Part shown: one piece after another, positions 1 through 11,011 of the stretch
Numbering within the stretch: the stretch's first letter is position 1
Layout of the letters: each line of letters starts with the position of its first letter
Source of the DNA: Gammaproteobacteria bacterium
GTDB taxonomy: Bacteria > Pseudomonadota > Gammaproteobacteria > Ga0077536
DNA length: 64,000 nt
Assembly (NCBI GenBank): GCA_963662545.2
Contig: CAXXLL010000002.1
Coordinates: 672,001-736,000 of the forward strand
Direction of reading: 5' to 3'
Translations under genes and position numbers: made by a program
Notes under the pieces: generated by a model
Database searches by the model: none
What the model was told of the DNA's origin: nothing
What the model saw: only the letters and a program-made list of their open reading frames with translations

Positions 1-11
1 TTTACCCGCGA

Positions 12-317
12 TGAAAGCTTTGGGTCGGTAGCTGCCGAGCCACCGCAGCGCAGCACAGCTAGAGATTACGTCTGCAATGCGCTCGGAAGCGGTCGTCTCG
101 CAGCTTTCAGTGGAGCGTTAGCTGAACAGGACGGGTCACGGCCGAGGCTGTGTGAAAACTCAAAAATACGATGACGGAAGTAAAATTTTTCCCACCAGCA
201 CAGTAATTAAGCACCTCGAAAAGGGATCGGCATTCCAATTAGAGTCAATTTCGAGTGTAGTTCCCCCACTTTTGAAAAACGAAAATAGTTTTCACACAGC
301 CTCGGCCATAAGCGGGC
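12..317 (+). repeat. Three-box array repeat R1 (MITE in box 3)
   Basis: GGGTCGGTAGCTGCC...GATTACGTCTGCAATGCGCTCGGAAGCGGTC...CACGGCC[MITE]GGCCATAAGCGGGC. Confidence 0.9.
144..303. mobile_element. 160-bp MITE with IS1182-type TIRs
   Basis: TIR GAGGCTGTGTGAAAACT / AGTTTTCACACAGCCTC, GGCC duplicated on both sides. Confidence 0.9.
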
Positions 318-411
318 ACCGTGGGCTGCCAAAAAGAAACTTGCCGAGCCAGGTTCTTTCTCTTGAAATCCAGCAAGCCCCAGTCTCATCGAGCGGGGGG
401 TTCGGGTCAGG

Positions 412-1980
412 TCACACTCCGGTCTCGCCTGCTTCGCGGGCGCGATCCCGCATGCTGCGCTCATCCCGTTCGAGATAGTACTTTGCCAGGCCGATCAGCA
501 CGGCTGCGCCAAGGTTCGCGCAAATCGCCGTAACCAAACCCTTGCGCAGGTCGCCGGTCAAATCAGACACGAGGCCGACGGTGAACGGCCCGAGCGCTAA
601 GCCGATCAGTGTCACGCTGAGGATATATGCGGCGGACGCGGTGCCGCGCATTCGCGGGAGCACCAGATCCGTGATGGTCGATCCCCCGACACCAAGCCAT
701 GCCGCACCGGTGAACGCTACCACCGCGTTAAGTAAGAAGGCCAGCGTGGTGGACAAGGTGTAGAGCATCCAAATGCCAACCGGTACCGGTACCAGAGCTG
801 AGATGATTGCGACGTTGAGACGACCGCACGGGTTGCGGGCACGCCAAAAGTCGGCGAGTACCCCACCCAGAGTGACCCCCAGAAATCCGAATGCCGCAGT
901 GATGCCACCCAACGTGAAACCGAGCTGACCGATGGGAACTTTATGATAGCGGATAAAAAACGGTGCGCTGAAGTAGGCCAGCCCGTATGTGGAAAACGCG
1001 AGGAGTGAGAGGCCCAGCACGACCAAAACCCACGAGCGGGTCTTCAGGATGAGCGTTGCGGTTGGCGGATCGCGCAACGCCAGGCTTTGCGCCCAGGAAA
1101 TCGTCGCGTAAAAGCCGATTGCCAGCGCAATCCACTGTGCCGGGTTGCCGAGAGATACGATAAGCGCCCAAGCAACAAGCGCCAATCCAACGAGCGCGAA
1201 CAGGTTGCGCGCGATCCCCCGGGGCCCTGCGCCACGACGATACAGATTTAGGATCGTGAGGCCGGGTAAGACGGCGCAAAGCTCGCTTCCGAATTCCCGA
1301 AACGGGTGCGGCTCGGGCGGTGAGGTGATGCCGTCCATCGTCCCGCGCGCCGGTTCACGCAACGTCCGTACCCACAACGCAAGTATCAGGCCCGGAAGCC
1401 CGACGACAAAGAACGCTACTTGCCATCCAGCCAACCCGAAGGGTGCGCTGCCTGCTGAAAAAGTGTCGTTCCACCTTTGCACTACCTGGCCGCCGATCAA
1501 GATCCCGAGCCCCGCACCGACGTAGACCCCACTCGTCAGGATCGCAATCACCGTAGCGCGTCGGGCAGGTGCGAAAGAATCCGAGAGCATCGAATACGCA
1601 CAAGGCCCCGTGCCGGCTTCCCCGACCCCGACCGCGATCCGCGCGATGCCGAGTTCGAGGAAATTGCGTGCAAATCCCGAGAACGCGGTGGCGGTGCTCC
1701 AGAACGCCACAGCGTAAGCGACGAAAGTACGCCGCACCCAAACGTCGGCCAAGCGTCCGAAGGGAATGCCAAAGAGCGCGTAGAAAACTGCAAAGGCGGT
1801 CCCGTAGAGAAAGCCCATCTGGGCGTCGCTTAGAGCGAGGTCGCCTTTAATCTCTTCGTTGAGGATCGCGAGGATTTGCCGGTCGACGAAATTGAAGACG
1901 TAAACCAGCATGAGAATGCCGAGGGTGTAACACGAGTAGCGGAACTCGCCGGGCGTCTGGGCAGGTTTCTCGGGCGGCAC
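412..1980 (-). CDS. MFS transporter (Spinster-like)
   Basis: 522 aa, many hydrophobic helices, FNFVDRQIL and GRLADVWVRR MFS motifs. Confidence 0.9.
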   Translation of the reverse strand: MPPEKPAQTPGEFRYSCYTLGILMLVYVFNFVDRQILAILNEEIKGDLALSDAQMGFLYGTAFAVFYALFGIPFGRLADVWVRRTFVAYAVAFWSTATAFSGFARNFLELGIARIAVGVGEAGTGPCAYSMLSDSFAPARRATVIAILTSGVYVGAGLGILIGGQVVQRWNDTFSAGSAPFGLAGWQVAFFVVGLPGLILALWVRTLREPARGTMDGITSPPEPHPFREFGSELCAVLPGLTILNLYRRGAGPRGIARNLFALVGLALVAWALIVSLGNPAQWIALAIGFYATISWAQSLALRDPPTATLILKTRSWVLVVLGLSLLAFSTYGLAYFSAPFFIRYHKVPIGQLGFTLGGITAAFGFLGVTLGGVLADFWRARNPCGRLNVAIISALVPVPVGIWMLYTLSTTLAFLLNAVVAFTGAAWLGVGGSTITDLVLPRMRGTASAAYILSVTLIGLALGPFTVGLVSDLTGDLRKGLVTAICANLGAAVLIGLAKYYLERDERSMRDRAREAGETGV

Positions 1981-2088
1981 GGCGGTGCAATCTACTCGCT
2001 GGATGGAAGCGCACCCAGAGTATAAGGCGGTTGACGTTCCTTTATGGCATTTGCGTCAGCTTGTGCGCCCGCATCGACGCATGAGCGG

Positions 2089-2393
2089 TTTCCGCTCACC
2101 GCCCATTTCCTGCCTCCTCGCGGCAGTGCAGCATCGCTCCAGATTAAGTCTGCAATACGCTCCATAGCGGTCGTCCGGTAGCGTTCGGGGCGCGACCCTG
2201 ACTCGCGGCTGCAGTCGGCCGAGGCTGTGTCAAAAGTATTTTCGAATTTTGAAAGTGGGAGAAGTTTAGCCCGATTCGTCTACCTTAGGCGGTGCGTTCC
2301 CTTAATCAATCGTGCATAACAACCTAAGTGGGGAAAATTTTCACGGCGGGCTCCATTTTTCGACTTTTGACACAGCCTCGGCCACAACCGGAC
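2089..2393 (+). repeat. Three-box array repeat R2 (MITE in box 3)
   Basis: CTCGCGGCAGTGCAGCATCGCTCCAGATTAAGTCTGCAATACGCTCCATAGCGGTC; box 1 degenerate. Confidence 0.9.
2221..2379. mobile_element. 159-bp MITE with IS1182-type TIRs
   Basis: TIR GAGGCTGTGTCAAAAGT / ACTTTTGACACAGCCTC, GGCC duplication. Confidence 0.9.
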
Positions 2394-2520
2394 ATACTGC
2401 TCAAGCTAATTAACGGCACATCATCAATTGCTACACTTTTAATACCGTCGGCGAAAAAGGGTATGTGAATGACGTTCGACGAGGTTCAATCCTGATGCGC
2501 ACAAACACGGGGAGCAGCCG

Positions 2521-3192
2521 GTGAGCTTTTACGAAAACAGAATCTTGCCGCGGATCATCGATCGCATTTGTGGCCACCGCGCGTTTGCGGATCAACGCGC
2601 GAAACTAATCCCGCAGGCGATCGGTCGCGTCCTCGAGGTCGGTTATGGCACCGGTACGAGTTTGCAATGGTACGACGCCGACAAAGTTGAACAGGTCATT
2701 GCCCTGGACCCAGCTGCAGGCGCGATGGAACTCGCGGCGGAACGTGAACGCGGTTCCTCAATTGCGGTTGAACATGTCGCCTTACGTGGCGAAGAAATTC
2801 CGCTCGACGCGGAAAGTGTGGATACCGTGGTCGTCGCCTACACTTTATGCACGATTCCCGATGTCGAATCGGCGATTGCCGGGATGCGCAGGGTGCTTAA
2901 ACCAGGCGGTAAGCTCTTGTTCATGGAGCACGGTCAATCACCCAACGCCAACATAAAACGTTGGCAGGAGCGCTTGAACCGTCCCTGGGGCATCGTCTTC
3001 GGCGGCTGTAATTTGCTGCGCCAACCGCCAATGCTGCTGGCGGAGGCCGGTTTCGTCCTCGATCATCGTGAAGAGCTTGAGGTGCCGTCGCCGCCGCCAA
3101 TTCCTGGAATCACTCTGGTCAAGTACAACTATCTGGGTGTCGCGCGTCGCGCGTCGTGCGTCGTGCGTAGGCAAAAACGTACGCAGGCTTGA
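2521..3192 (+). CDS. Class I SAM-dependent methyltransferase
   Basis: VLEVGYGTG motif I, RVLKPGGKLLFMEHG. Confidence 0.9.
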   Translation: MSFYENRILPRIIDRICGHRAFADQRAKLIPQAIGRVLEVGYGTGTSLQWYDADKVEQVIALDPAAGAMELAAERERGSSIAVEHVALRGEEIPLDAESVDTVVVAYTLCTIPDVESAIAGMRRVLKPGGKLLFMEHGQSPNANIKRWQERLNRPWGIVFGGCNLLRQPPMLLAEAGFVLDHREELEVPSPPPIPGITLVKYNYLGVARRASCVVRRQKRTQA

Positions 3193-3403
3193 TCAGATCA
3201 GGACATAACTTGTAAGAACTCAGACTTGCTCTGACAGTTCCGCCACGCAAATTAATGTCCGCTATCGAAAACATTCCGCTCATACTTCGGGATGGCGATT
3301 TCGGCAGCTCTCGGCCATGGACGGACAATGTTTGTGCCCGGTGGTATACCAAATTGCAGGCTCTAGGCTATCCTTATCACGAGGCTATTCCTATAAGGAA
3401 CGT

Positions 3404-3727
3404 ATGCACAATTTGGTACAGTGTCTGTTGTTCATCGGTTTACTCAGCATCGGCACGGGCAAGGCCGTGCAGGCCGACGACCTGCGCGGTTTCGTTCTCG
3501 CCAGCTCCTGCGTAAGCTGTCACGGTGATGCTTCACCGAACGGTGCGGGTATCCCCGCCATCGTCGGAAGGGACGCCGCGTTTATCGCCGATGCACTGAA
3601 AAATTTTCGTTCAGGCGCGCGCGTATCGACCATCATGCAAAGGCTCGCGCGTGGTTACGACGACGCAGAAGTTGAACTTATTGCCGCATGGCTGGCCAAA
3701 ACTCAGTCCACAATTGTGAGACCCTGA
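3404..3727 (+). CDS. fccA: Monoheme cytochrome c, flavocytochrome c cytochrome subunit
   Basis: Signal peptide, CVSCH heme motif, STIMQRLARGY; directly upstream of fccB. Confidence 0.8.
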   Translation: MHNLVQCLLFIGLLSIGTGKAVQADDLRGFVLASSCVSCHGDASPNGAGIPAIVGRDAAFIADALKNFRSGARVSTIMQRLARGYDDAEVELIAAWLAKTQSTIVRP

Positions 3728-4999
3728 ATGCAACGCCGTAATTTTCTCGGGCAATCGGCTGGGATAGCAGCGCTCGCCATGCTGACACCATGGCGAGCGA
3801 CCGCGACAACGTCTGCGCGGACGATCATTATTGGCGGTGGATTCGGCGGAGCGACCTGTGCGCGCTATCTGCGCTTACTCGATCCCGGCCTCGCCGTCAC
3901 ATTGATCGAAAGCGACGCCGCCTTCGTAACCTGCCCTTTCAGTAACCTCGTACTCGCAGGAATGCGCACCGTTGACGAAATCACGCATACGTACGCCCGA
4001 CTTCGAGCGTCCGCGATCACAGTGATTCACGATACAGCGACCGCAATTGATGCCGACAATCGTCGCGTAGCGCTCGCCAGTGGTAAGCAACTGGACTATG
4101 ACCGGCTCATCGTCGCCCCTGGGATCGCACTGAAGTTCGACGCTGTACCTGGCTACGACACGGCCGCGGCCGAGCTCATGCCGCATGCCTGGAAGGCTGG
4201 CGCACAGACATTATTGCTACGCCGGCAACTCGAGGCGATGAACGACGGAGGTGTGGTTGTGATTGCGGCGCCGGCCAATCCGTTCCGTTGCCCGCCCGGA
4301 CCTTATGAACGCGCCAGCTTGATTGCGCACTATCTGAAGCAGCACAAACCGAGATCCAAGATCCTGATTCTGGACACCAAAGACAAATTTTCAAAGCAGA
4401 GTCTGTTCCAGCAGGGTTGGAACGCGCTCTATCCGGGCATGATTGAATGGGTCGCCGGATCCGCCGGTGGGTTGGTTGAACGTGTGGAGGCCGCGTCGCG
4501 GACCCTGGTGACCGAGTCCGGTTTTACTGAACACCGCGCCGACGTGGTAAATTTCATCCCGCCGCAAGAGGCCGGGCAAATCGCGCAGCAAGCCGAACTC
4601 ACGGATGCTTCCGGTTGGTGCCCGGTTAATCAGCTCAGTTTCGAGTCGCTGCGTATTCCCGGTATACACGTTCTCGGTGATGCCGCGATAGCCGGTGCGA
4701 TGCCAAAATCAGGCTTTTCCGCCAACAGCCAGGCGAAAGTTTGTGCGGCTGCAATCGTCGCAGCATTGCGCGGTGACCCGATACCGGAAGCTTCCTACGC
4801 CAACACCTGTTATAGCCTTGTCGGCCCCGATTACGGAATCTCGGTCAGTGCGGTATATGCCCTTACTGATAGTGCCATCGCCGCCGTTAAGGGCGCCGGA
4901 GGATTAAGTCCGAGCGATGCCGATCCCGCGTTTCGCGCGCGCGAGGCGGCCTACGCTCGCGGTTGGTATTCCAGTATTACAGCCGATACCTGGGGCTAG
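3728..4999 (+). CDS. fccB: Flavocytochrome c sulfide dehydrogenase flavoprotein (FccB/SoxF)
   Basis: Tat signal RRNFL, GGGFGGA, FRCPPGPYERAS, MPKSGFSANSQAK, NTCYS. Confidence 0.92.
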   Translation: MQRRNFLGQSAGIAALAMLTPWRATATTSARTIIIGGGFGGATCARYLRLLDPGLAVTLIESDAAFVTCPFSNLVLAGMRTVDEITHTYARLRASAITVIHDTATAIDADNRRVALASGKQLDYDRLIVAPGIALKFDAVPGYDTAAAELMPHAWKAGAQTLLLRRQLEAMNDGGVVVIAAPANPFRCPPGPYERASLIAHYLKQHKPRSKILILDTKDKFSKQSLFQQGWNALYPGMIEWVAGSAGGLVERVEAASRTLVTESGFTEHRADVVNFIPPQEAGQIAQQAELTDASGWCPVNQLSFESLRIPGIHVLGDAAIAGAMPKSGFSANSQAKVCAAAIVAALRGDPIPEASYANTCYSLVGPDYGISVSAVYALTDSAIAAVKGAGGLSPSDADPAFRAREAAYARGWYSSITADTWG

Positions 5000-5034
5000 C
5001 CGACGCTCGACTGCGCCCTTCCTTCGCTGCCGCT

Positions 5035-5300
5035 GATGGCCGCAATGGGTCCAGGCTGTCCGAAAACTAATTTCGATTTTGGAAAGTGGGGTATGCGTTA
5101 TCCAATTTGATCAATTTGCGCAGTGTGGTCCCTAATTTATCTGCTATGGGGACAACAAGTGGGGAAACTTTTCGTCGCGTAACGATTTTTCGGAGTTTTC
5201 GGACAGCCTGGGTCGTCAGCGGCCTCATCGCCGCGTTGCACCACTACTAAACGTTACGTCTGCAATCCTCTCAATAGCGGTCGTGCGGCAGTGTTCAGCG
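5035..5300 (+). repeat. Three-box array repeat R3 (MITE in box 1; box 3 replaced by IS91 fragment)
   Basis: GATGGCCGCAATGGGTC[MITE]GGTCGTCAGCGGCC...TTACGTCTGCAATCCTCTCAATAGCGGTC. Confidence 0.9.
5052..5210. mobile_element. 159-bp MITE with IS1182-type TIRs
   Basis: TIR CAGGCTGTCCGAAAACT / AGTTTTCGGACAGCCTG, GGTC duplication; near-identical to 23270-23428. Confidence 0.92.
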
Positions 5301-5304
5301 GCGA

Positions 5305-5771
5305 CTGAAGACCTAACGCCTCTTGAACGCCGAGCAGCGATGAATTGGGCGCAGCGCCTGAAGCGGGTATTCAACATCGACGTCGAGACCTGCAATAGCT
5401 GTGGCGGGCAGGTCAAGATCATCGCGTGCATCGAGGATCCTGTGGTAATCGAGAAGATTCTCACCCATATCGAGCGCAAAGAAACTTCAACAGGCGCCTC
5501 GCGTTTGCCACCGTCTCGGGGGCCGCCGCAGGCCAGTTTGTTCGCCTAATACACGGACAACCGTGCGAGCAACACTGGCAGCTGCGATACCGACGAAGCG
5601 GCAGGGTCGCTGTCGAGCCGAGGGTCGAAGAGCCCAAAAATTAGCACCTAAGTGTGAGATTCTCCGGGCTCGGCCAGCCGACACCGCCTGCAAGCGCGCG
5701 TTGACGGCTGTGCGAGCACCTGCGGACACTCGATGAAGTTGCGGAAAAGGGCGTTTGTTCGTCTTATACGC
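5305..5771 (+). pseudogene. IS91/ISCR transposase 3' fragment with oriIS-like end
   Basis: MNWAQRLKRVFNIDVETC..CGGQVKIIACIEDP..RGPP; ends GAAAAGGGCGTTTGTTCGTCTTATAC. Confidence 0.85.
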
Positions 5772-5782
5772 TAATGTCCGCG

Positions 5783-7195
5783 CTATGATCTCACTGTCGG
5801 CTTGATGTTCTGGTTGAAGCGAAACATATTAGTGGGATCGTATTTATTCTTCAGCGCGACCAGGCGCTTATATTTCTCCGGTCCATAGGCAGCCATCACC
5901 CGATCGTCGCCTTCGTCGTCCTGCGGCCCCAGGTAATTGACATAAACCGAGTCCTCGTTGAACGGCGCCATGGCATCAAAGAAATCCCGTGTCCAGGCGA
6001 CGATCTGTTCATTGTTTGACGGGTCTGAGGTCATGCCCATGATCAATGAACTGTAACGGGCATCGCGGTGGTTGAAGGCGGTGTCATCCTTGCCGACACG
6101 TCGAACGCCGTTACCGACCTGCTCGATCATAAAGACCGATTCCGGCGTGGGGATCCTCGACACGAAATCGAGGATCACCTCGATAGTGTCGGCATTGAGT
6201 TTTTTCAGAAAATTGGACTTCCAATAATTCTGAAGTTTTTCTGGAAAAACTTCATCCGATGCTTGTTGATAGTCTACGTAGGTCGTTGGAACAATATCGT
6301 CGCTGATGGGCGAGCCGAACTCTCTCAGTGGTCGCAAGTACTTCTTACCCTCGTGTATGCCGCCGAAATAACAGACTTCAACCCCGAGCGCTAGTGGGCC
6401 ATCAGGTAATGTCGCGAACTGCACTAAGGAAACCAGATCATCGGGGGACGACTCGGTAAATTCGTCGTAAAACGTGAGCACGTCGCGGGCGGCGTCCAGC
6501 GGATGCCATATCACACCTCCTAGTACCTCACCTACCGGATGAACTTGATACTCAAACGACGTCACGACACCGAAATTTCCGCCGCCGCCGCGCAGTCCCC
6601 AAAACAGTTCTTCGTTTTGATCGGCGCTCACCGTCATCAGTCGCCCGTCGGCGGTGACGACATCAGCGGATAACAGGTTGTCACAAGCGAGTCCGTGTCG
6701 CCCGCCGAGCCAACCCCAGCCACCGCCCAAGGTCAATCCCGCTACGCCGGTACGTGATACAGCCCCGCCCGTACTGGCCAGGCCGAACGTCTGCGTCTCG
6801 CGATCGTAATCCTTCCAGGTTGCGCCACCCTCGGCTCTTGCGATGCGCGTCGCTACATCAACGTGAATACTTTTCATCAACGATAGATCGATCATCAAGC
6901 CGCCATCACACACGGCATTGCCCGAAACGTTGTGACCGCCGCCACGAATGGACACGCTAAGCACATTCGACCGCGCGAAGTTGACTGCTGCAATCACGTC
7001 CGAGACACCGGCGCATCGGACGATCAAATCCGGTCGGTGGTCAATCATTTCGTTCCATATCGTGCGGGCTTCGTCATACCCCGCATCGTGAGCTTGAAAG
7101 ACCGAACCGCGCAGGCCTATTTTGAATTCATCGATAATAGATTGATCGAGGCCCATACTATCCGAGCTATCACTGGCGGTATGTGTAACAGACAT
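5783..7195 (-). CDS. FAD-linked oxidase (BBE-like)
   Basis: RGGGHN covalent-FAD motif, LFWGLRGGGGNFGVVT, YVNY and KYDPTNMF C-terminus. Confidence 0.92.
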   Translation of the reverse strand: MSVTHTASDSSDSMGLDQSIIDEFKIGLRGSVFQAHDAGYDEARTIWNEMIDHRPDLIVRCAGVSDVIAAVNFARSNVLSVSIRGGGHNVSGNAVCDGGLMIDLSLMKSIHVDVATRIARAEGGATWKDYDRETQTFGLASTGGAVSRTGVAGLTLGGGWGWLGGRHGLACDNLLSADVVTADGRLMTVSADQNEELFWGLRGGGGNFGVVTSFEYQVHPVGEVLGGVIWHPLDAARDVLTFYDEFTESSPDDLVSLVQFATLPDGPLALGVEVCYFGGIHEGKKYLRPLREFGSPISDDIVPTTYVDYQQASDEVFPEKLQNYWKSNFLKKLNADTIEVILDFVSRIPTPESVFMIEQVGNGVRRVGKDDTAFNHRDARYSSLIMGMTSDPSNNEQIVAWTRDFFDAMAPFNEDSVYVNYLGPQDDEGDDRVMAAYGPEKYKRLVALKNKYDPTNMFRFNQNIKPTVRS

Positions 7196-7591
7196 CTTGG
7201 TTCTCCCCTTCGCAATGACGACACTGCTTTGGAACCAATACTACGATGATTGAATCAAAAGTGCCCTTTCTACGCCGATTTTCGATCCGATTAAAAGATC
7301 AAAGGTTCGTTATCTTCCAAACGCAGTCATTGCCTGCTCAAACTATAGTTTGTTCGCGGTTGCGAGATTTAATTTCACTTGTTCTCTCATGATCGGACGA
7401 GAAAGCTTAATCGACGAAATCATGGAATTTCGCGACCATCATTGGCGCTGCAGGTCGAAGTGATTGTAAATTCGGCGTGCGCGCTTTACTTATAAGCTGT
7501 CGGCATTCATGCTGCAGAATAGTAAAATGAATCGTTCAGCGATGAATGCGAATGCGGCACTACAATAATCTTACAGTCAGAGGAAATAGCG

Positions 7592-8005
7592 ATGACTGAT
7601 AAATTTGGCGGCGCCTGCATGTGCGGCGCAGTGCGCTACAAGTGCAAATCCGAACCGGCTGCAACGGTCGTTTGTCATTGTCGGGATTGCCAGAAGCACA
7701 CGGGTAGCGCCTTTGCGACCGCGATGTTCTTTCTCAAAACCGACGTTGATATAACTGGCGAGCTAAAATCGTTTGATAAAAAAACGGATGCCGGCAACGT
7801 CATGACGAGAACGTTTTGCGGCATATGTGGTTCACATATTACGGAGTTTACGACTGGATTCCCCGAGCACGTCGTGGTGCATGCCGGGACGCTGGATGAT
7901 CCGACCCGGGTGAATCCCGATTCGCAGTGCTGGACGCCAAGAACCTTGCACTGGATCAACGACGTCGGCGGCTTGCACGGTTTCGAACAAGACCCGGAAT
8001 TTTAG
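7592..8005 (+). CDS. GFA family protein
   Basis: GACMCGAVRY, CHCRDCQK, FCGICGS. Confidence 0.9.
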   Translation: MTDKFGGACMCGAVRYKCKSEPAATVVCHCRDCQKHTGSAFATAMFFLKTDVDITGELKSFDKKTDAGNVMTRTFCGICGSHITEFTTGFPEHVVVHAGTLDDPTRVNPDSQCWTPRTLHWINDVGGLHGFEQDPEF

Positions 8006-8085
8006 TCGCCCGATAGACGGAATTGATCAGCCATGTCGCGTGATACCTCGGCGATCGATACCGTCCAATTGCCTGGAAACCCGTT

Positions 8086-8847
8086 ATGAAAGAGCATGAA
8101 GAAGCCTATGCGATGCCATTGGCCGCACCGACCTTCACGCCGCCGCCGTTCTACGCAACACCCTACAGCCGCATTATCCTGATGGTCTACAAGGCGGACC
8201 CGGATGCGGTCGCCTGGGAGGTGCCGGAACCGCTCGAGATGGCAGAGGACGGCGTCATGCTGGCCTGGATCGGCGATATGGGCCAGCCGACTCACACTAT
8301 TGACGTTTATCACGAAGCGCTTACCGCGATTAAGGTGAAGTATCTACGATGGTCGGGCTGGTACATCAATTACATTTGGGTGGACCACGACATGGCGCTC
8401 ACTTTCGAGCGCGAAATATACGGCTGGCCGGCCAACCTGTGTGAATCGACGTCGCTGCAATTTCACGGCAGTCAAATTCTCGCGGACTGTGTACGTTATG
8501 GTGAGCAGTTGATGCGCATAAGTATGAACATCACCAGCCCACCGCCGCAGGGCCGCGAGACGCCGCTCGAGGATGAATTCGGGCGATTGGTTGGCGGGGA
8601 TTTTCTACAGATCCGAAAATTTCCGGCACCGGAGAAAGACGGCATTCCGATCAAGCAACTCCTGCTCATTCCATCGACCGATTTCAAGGTTCACGAAATC
8701 TGGTCGGGGCCTGCGGTGCTCGAACTCGGCAGCTCAGGACTTTACCCACACCTGCATAAACTGAATCCGATCGAAATCCTTGGAGCCTGGTACACGAAAT
8801 CCTCATGGATCGTGCCGTATCCTGAAATTCTTTGGGAGAACAAATAG
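8086..8847 (+). CDS. Acetoacetate decarboxylase family protein
   Basis: AMPLAAPTF..PP, VPEPLE, YIWVDHDMAL..REIYGWP. Confidence 0.8.
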   Translation: MKEHEEAYAMPLAAPTFTPPPFYATPYSRIILMVYKADPDAVAWEVPEPLEMAEDGVMLAWIGDMGQPTHTIDVYHEALTAIKVKYLRWSGWYINYIWVDHDMALTFEREIYGWPANLCESTSLQFHGSQILADCVRYGEQLMRISMNITSPPPQGRETPLEDEFGRLVGGDFLQIRKFPAPEKDGIPIKQLLLIPSTDFKVHEIWSGPAVLELGSSGLYPHLHKLNPIEILGAWYTKSSWIVPYPEILWENK

Positions 8848-9088
8848 GAGCGGGAGGCTCCAGGTCCTACCTGCCTTTGGTGATGAGCGCTGTTCTGTTT
8901 TGCGCCGGCGTGGCTATTGAGCCCTTCGAGACATGAGATGCTACGTAACGCGAATGATTTTAACGCCTTTTATAACTCCCTCTTCCTGTGTGACCGTGGC
9001 TCGGGCATTGCGACATAGGTAAAGACATAGAAACTCCAAGATGCGAAGGCATTGTTGGCGGAGTGGGAGTAAAGAAGCCGCATTCTCC

Positions 9089-10920
9089 GAGGTCTGCAAA
9101 GGGTCCAGGCTGTCCATAAACTCACTTTGCGGAGCACTTGACGGCTCATCCGGGCTGTTTGGTAGCGGCGTCATCACGATGCGCTGATTCTGCGCGTCCA
9201 ACAGCGTTTGAGAAACTCGACGCCAAAGTGGCGAAGGACATTCGCCGCCGCGGTCTATCCAACACCCGGAGGATGTTTCGGGAAAAAGGCGGGTTCCTAT
9301 GACTGTATCGCTTCTATGAGTGGCGCAACCCCGAGTATCGCCATCGCCCGTTTCATGTTGTACGCCAGCACGTGCAAACTCATCTCCGTACCCACGTTCT
9401 TCAGCGTTTTCATTTGGAAGTGTGTCGACCCCATCCAGGATTTCAACGTGCCGAAGGGATGTTCGACGGTCTGTCGTCGAACGCGCATGCGCGCGGGCTC
9501 TTTGTCCAACCTTGCTTCAACCGCTTCGAGCACGGCTTCGTGCTCCCAGCGGCTGACGCGTCGTTCTTTCCCCGTCGTGCACTTGCCTTTGAGCGCACAT
9601 GAACCACACGTCGATGCCCAGTAACGGTAGATTGTTAATCCGTCTTGGTGTGTTTCCGTGCGGCGCGTCAGTCGCTCTCCCGCCGGACATTCGTATTCGT
9701 CATCATCGGGCTTATAAATGAAATCCCGTTTGCCGAAGAGGCCCTTCGCCAGATTGCCCGAGGTCTGGGGTTTCGGCAGATAAGTCGTGACCCCCGCTTC
9801 ATCACACGCCAGGCTCTCCTCGCTCCTGTAGTAACCCCGGTCCGCGACAACCTCCAGGTGCTCAACACCGAGTGCTTCCTTCGCTTGCTTTGCCATGGCG
9901 GCGAGCGCCGCTCGGTCATGACCCACGTTCGTCACCTCGTGCGTCACGATCATATGATGTTTAGCGTCAACCGCCGCCTGTACGTTGTAGCCCACCATCC
10001 CCGTACCGCGCCCGCTGGTCGCCATCGAGCGGGCGTCTGGATCAGTCAGTGAGATCTGTTGGCCCGGTGCCTCAAGCATCCGGGCTTCCAACTTTTTTAG
10101 GCGCGCCATCTCCTCTTTCAGTCGGCTGATTTTATCCGCCAGTCGCTCCGTTTTGTCCTTCGCAACCGCTGCTTCCTGACGGTCAGCACTCGCCATCTGA
10201 CCCAGATACCGCTCAATGCTCTCGTCAATCTGCGCCAACCGACGCTTCAGCTTCGCCTTGGTGAAGTTCCGCTCCCGGTTGTTCACCGCCTTGAACTTGC
10301 TGCCATCAATCGCTACAAATGCCTCCGAGAATAATTCCAGCTTCCGGCACAGCATCACAAACTCCCGGCACACCAGACGAATGGCGACACCGTTGTCCTT
10401 CCTGAAATCCGCGATGGTTCTAAAGTCAGGCGCTAAGCGACCCGTCAGCCACATCAACTCCACATTGCGCTGCGCTTCACGCGCCAGCCGTCGCGATGAC
10501 TGAACTCGATTCAGGTAGCCGTATACGTAAAGTTTTAAAAGGGTTCTCGGATCGAAGCCCGGCCGACCCGCGGCCTTGGCCTCCGACTGGAAACCTAGAC
10601 CGGAAATATCCAGCTCGTCGATGAATACATCAATCACGCGCACCGCACTGTCTTCGCCGATGTAATCATCCAGTCGCTCTGGAAACAGCGTCGCTTGGTA
10701 GCGATCTTCGCCTTCAATGAATCCACTCATCAGACGATTCCTTGCGCGAAAGGTCGATTATAGATTCATGGGAGTTTTCGGACAGCCTGGGTCGTAAGCC
10801 GCCCGCTCGCGGCAGTGCAGCACTGCTAGAGGTTAGGTCTGGGATACCCTCGTAAGCGGCCATTCCCTTCTCATAAAAAGCATCGCAGCGCTTGACTTCG
10901 GCTCGCGGCTAAGAGCGGTC
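9089..10920 (+). repeat. Three-box array repeat R4 (split by IS1182-A in box 1)
   Basis: GAGGTCTGCAAAGGGTC[IS]GGTCGTAAGCCGCC..GCAGTGCAGCACTGC..AAGCGGCC..GGCTCGCGGCTAAGAGCGGTC. Confidence 0.9.
9106..10789 (-). mobile_element. IS1182-family element A (transposase 9297-10730)
   Basis: 477-aa DDE transposase (IDGSK, ADRGY, VEHPFG); TIR CAGGCTGTCC.AAACT; GGTC duplication. Confidence 0.95.
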
Positions 10921-11011
10921 CCGAATATAAACGGTGTTCGTCGAGAATTGCTATGCTTACAGAACTGCCCTCGGGTGAACATCCAATAAGACGATGTCGG
11001 GAGATCGGACC

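Noticed and set aside
3254-3328. Degenerate box-like sequences (also ~7300, 55056, 58145, 58310)
   Set aside because: Not counted as array repeats because the conserved linker is absent; they may be eroded or related sites.
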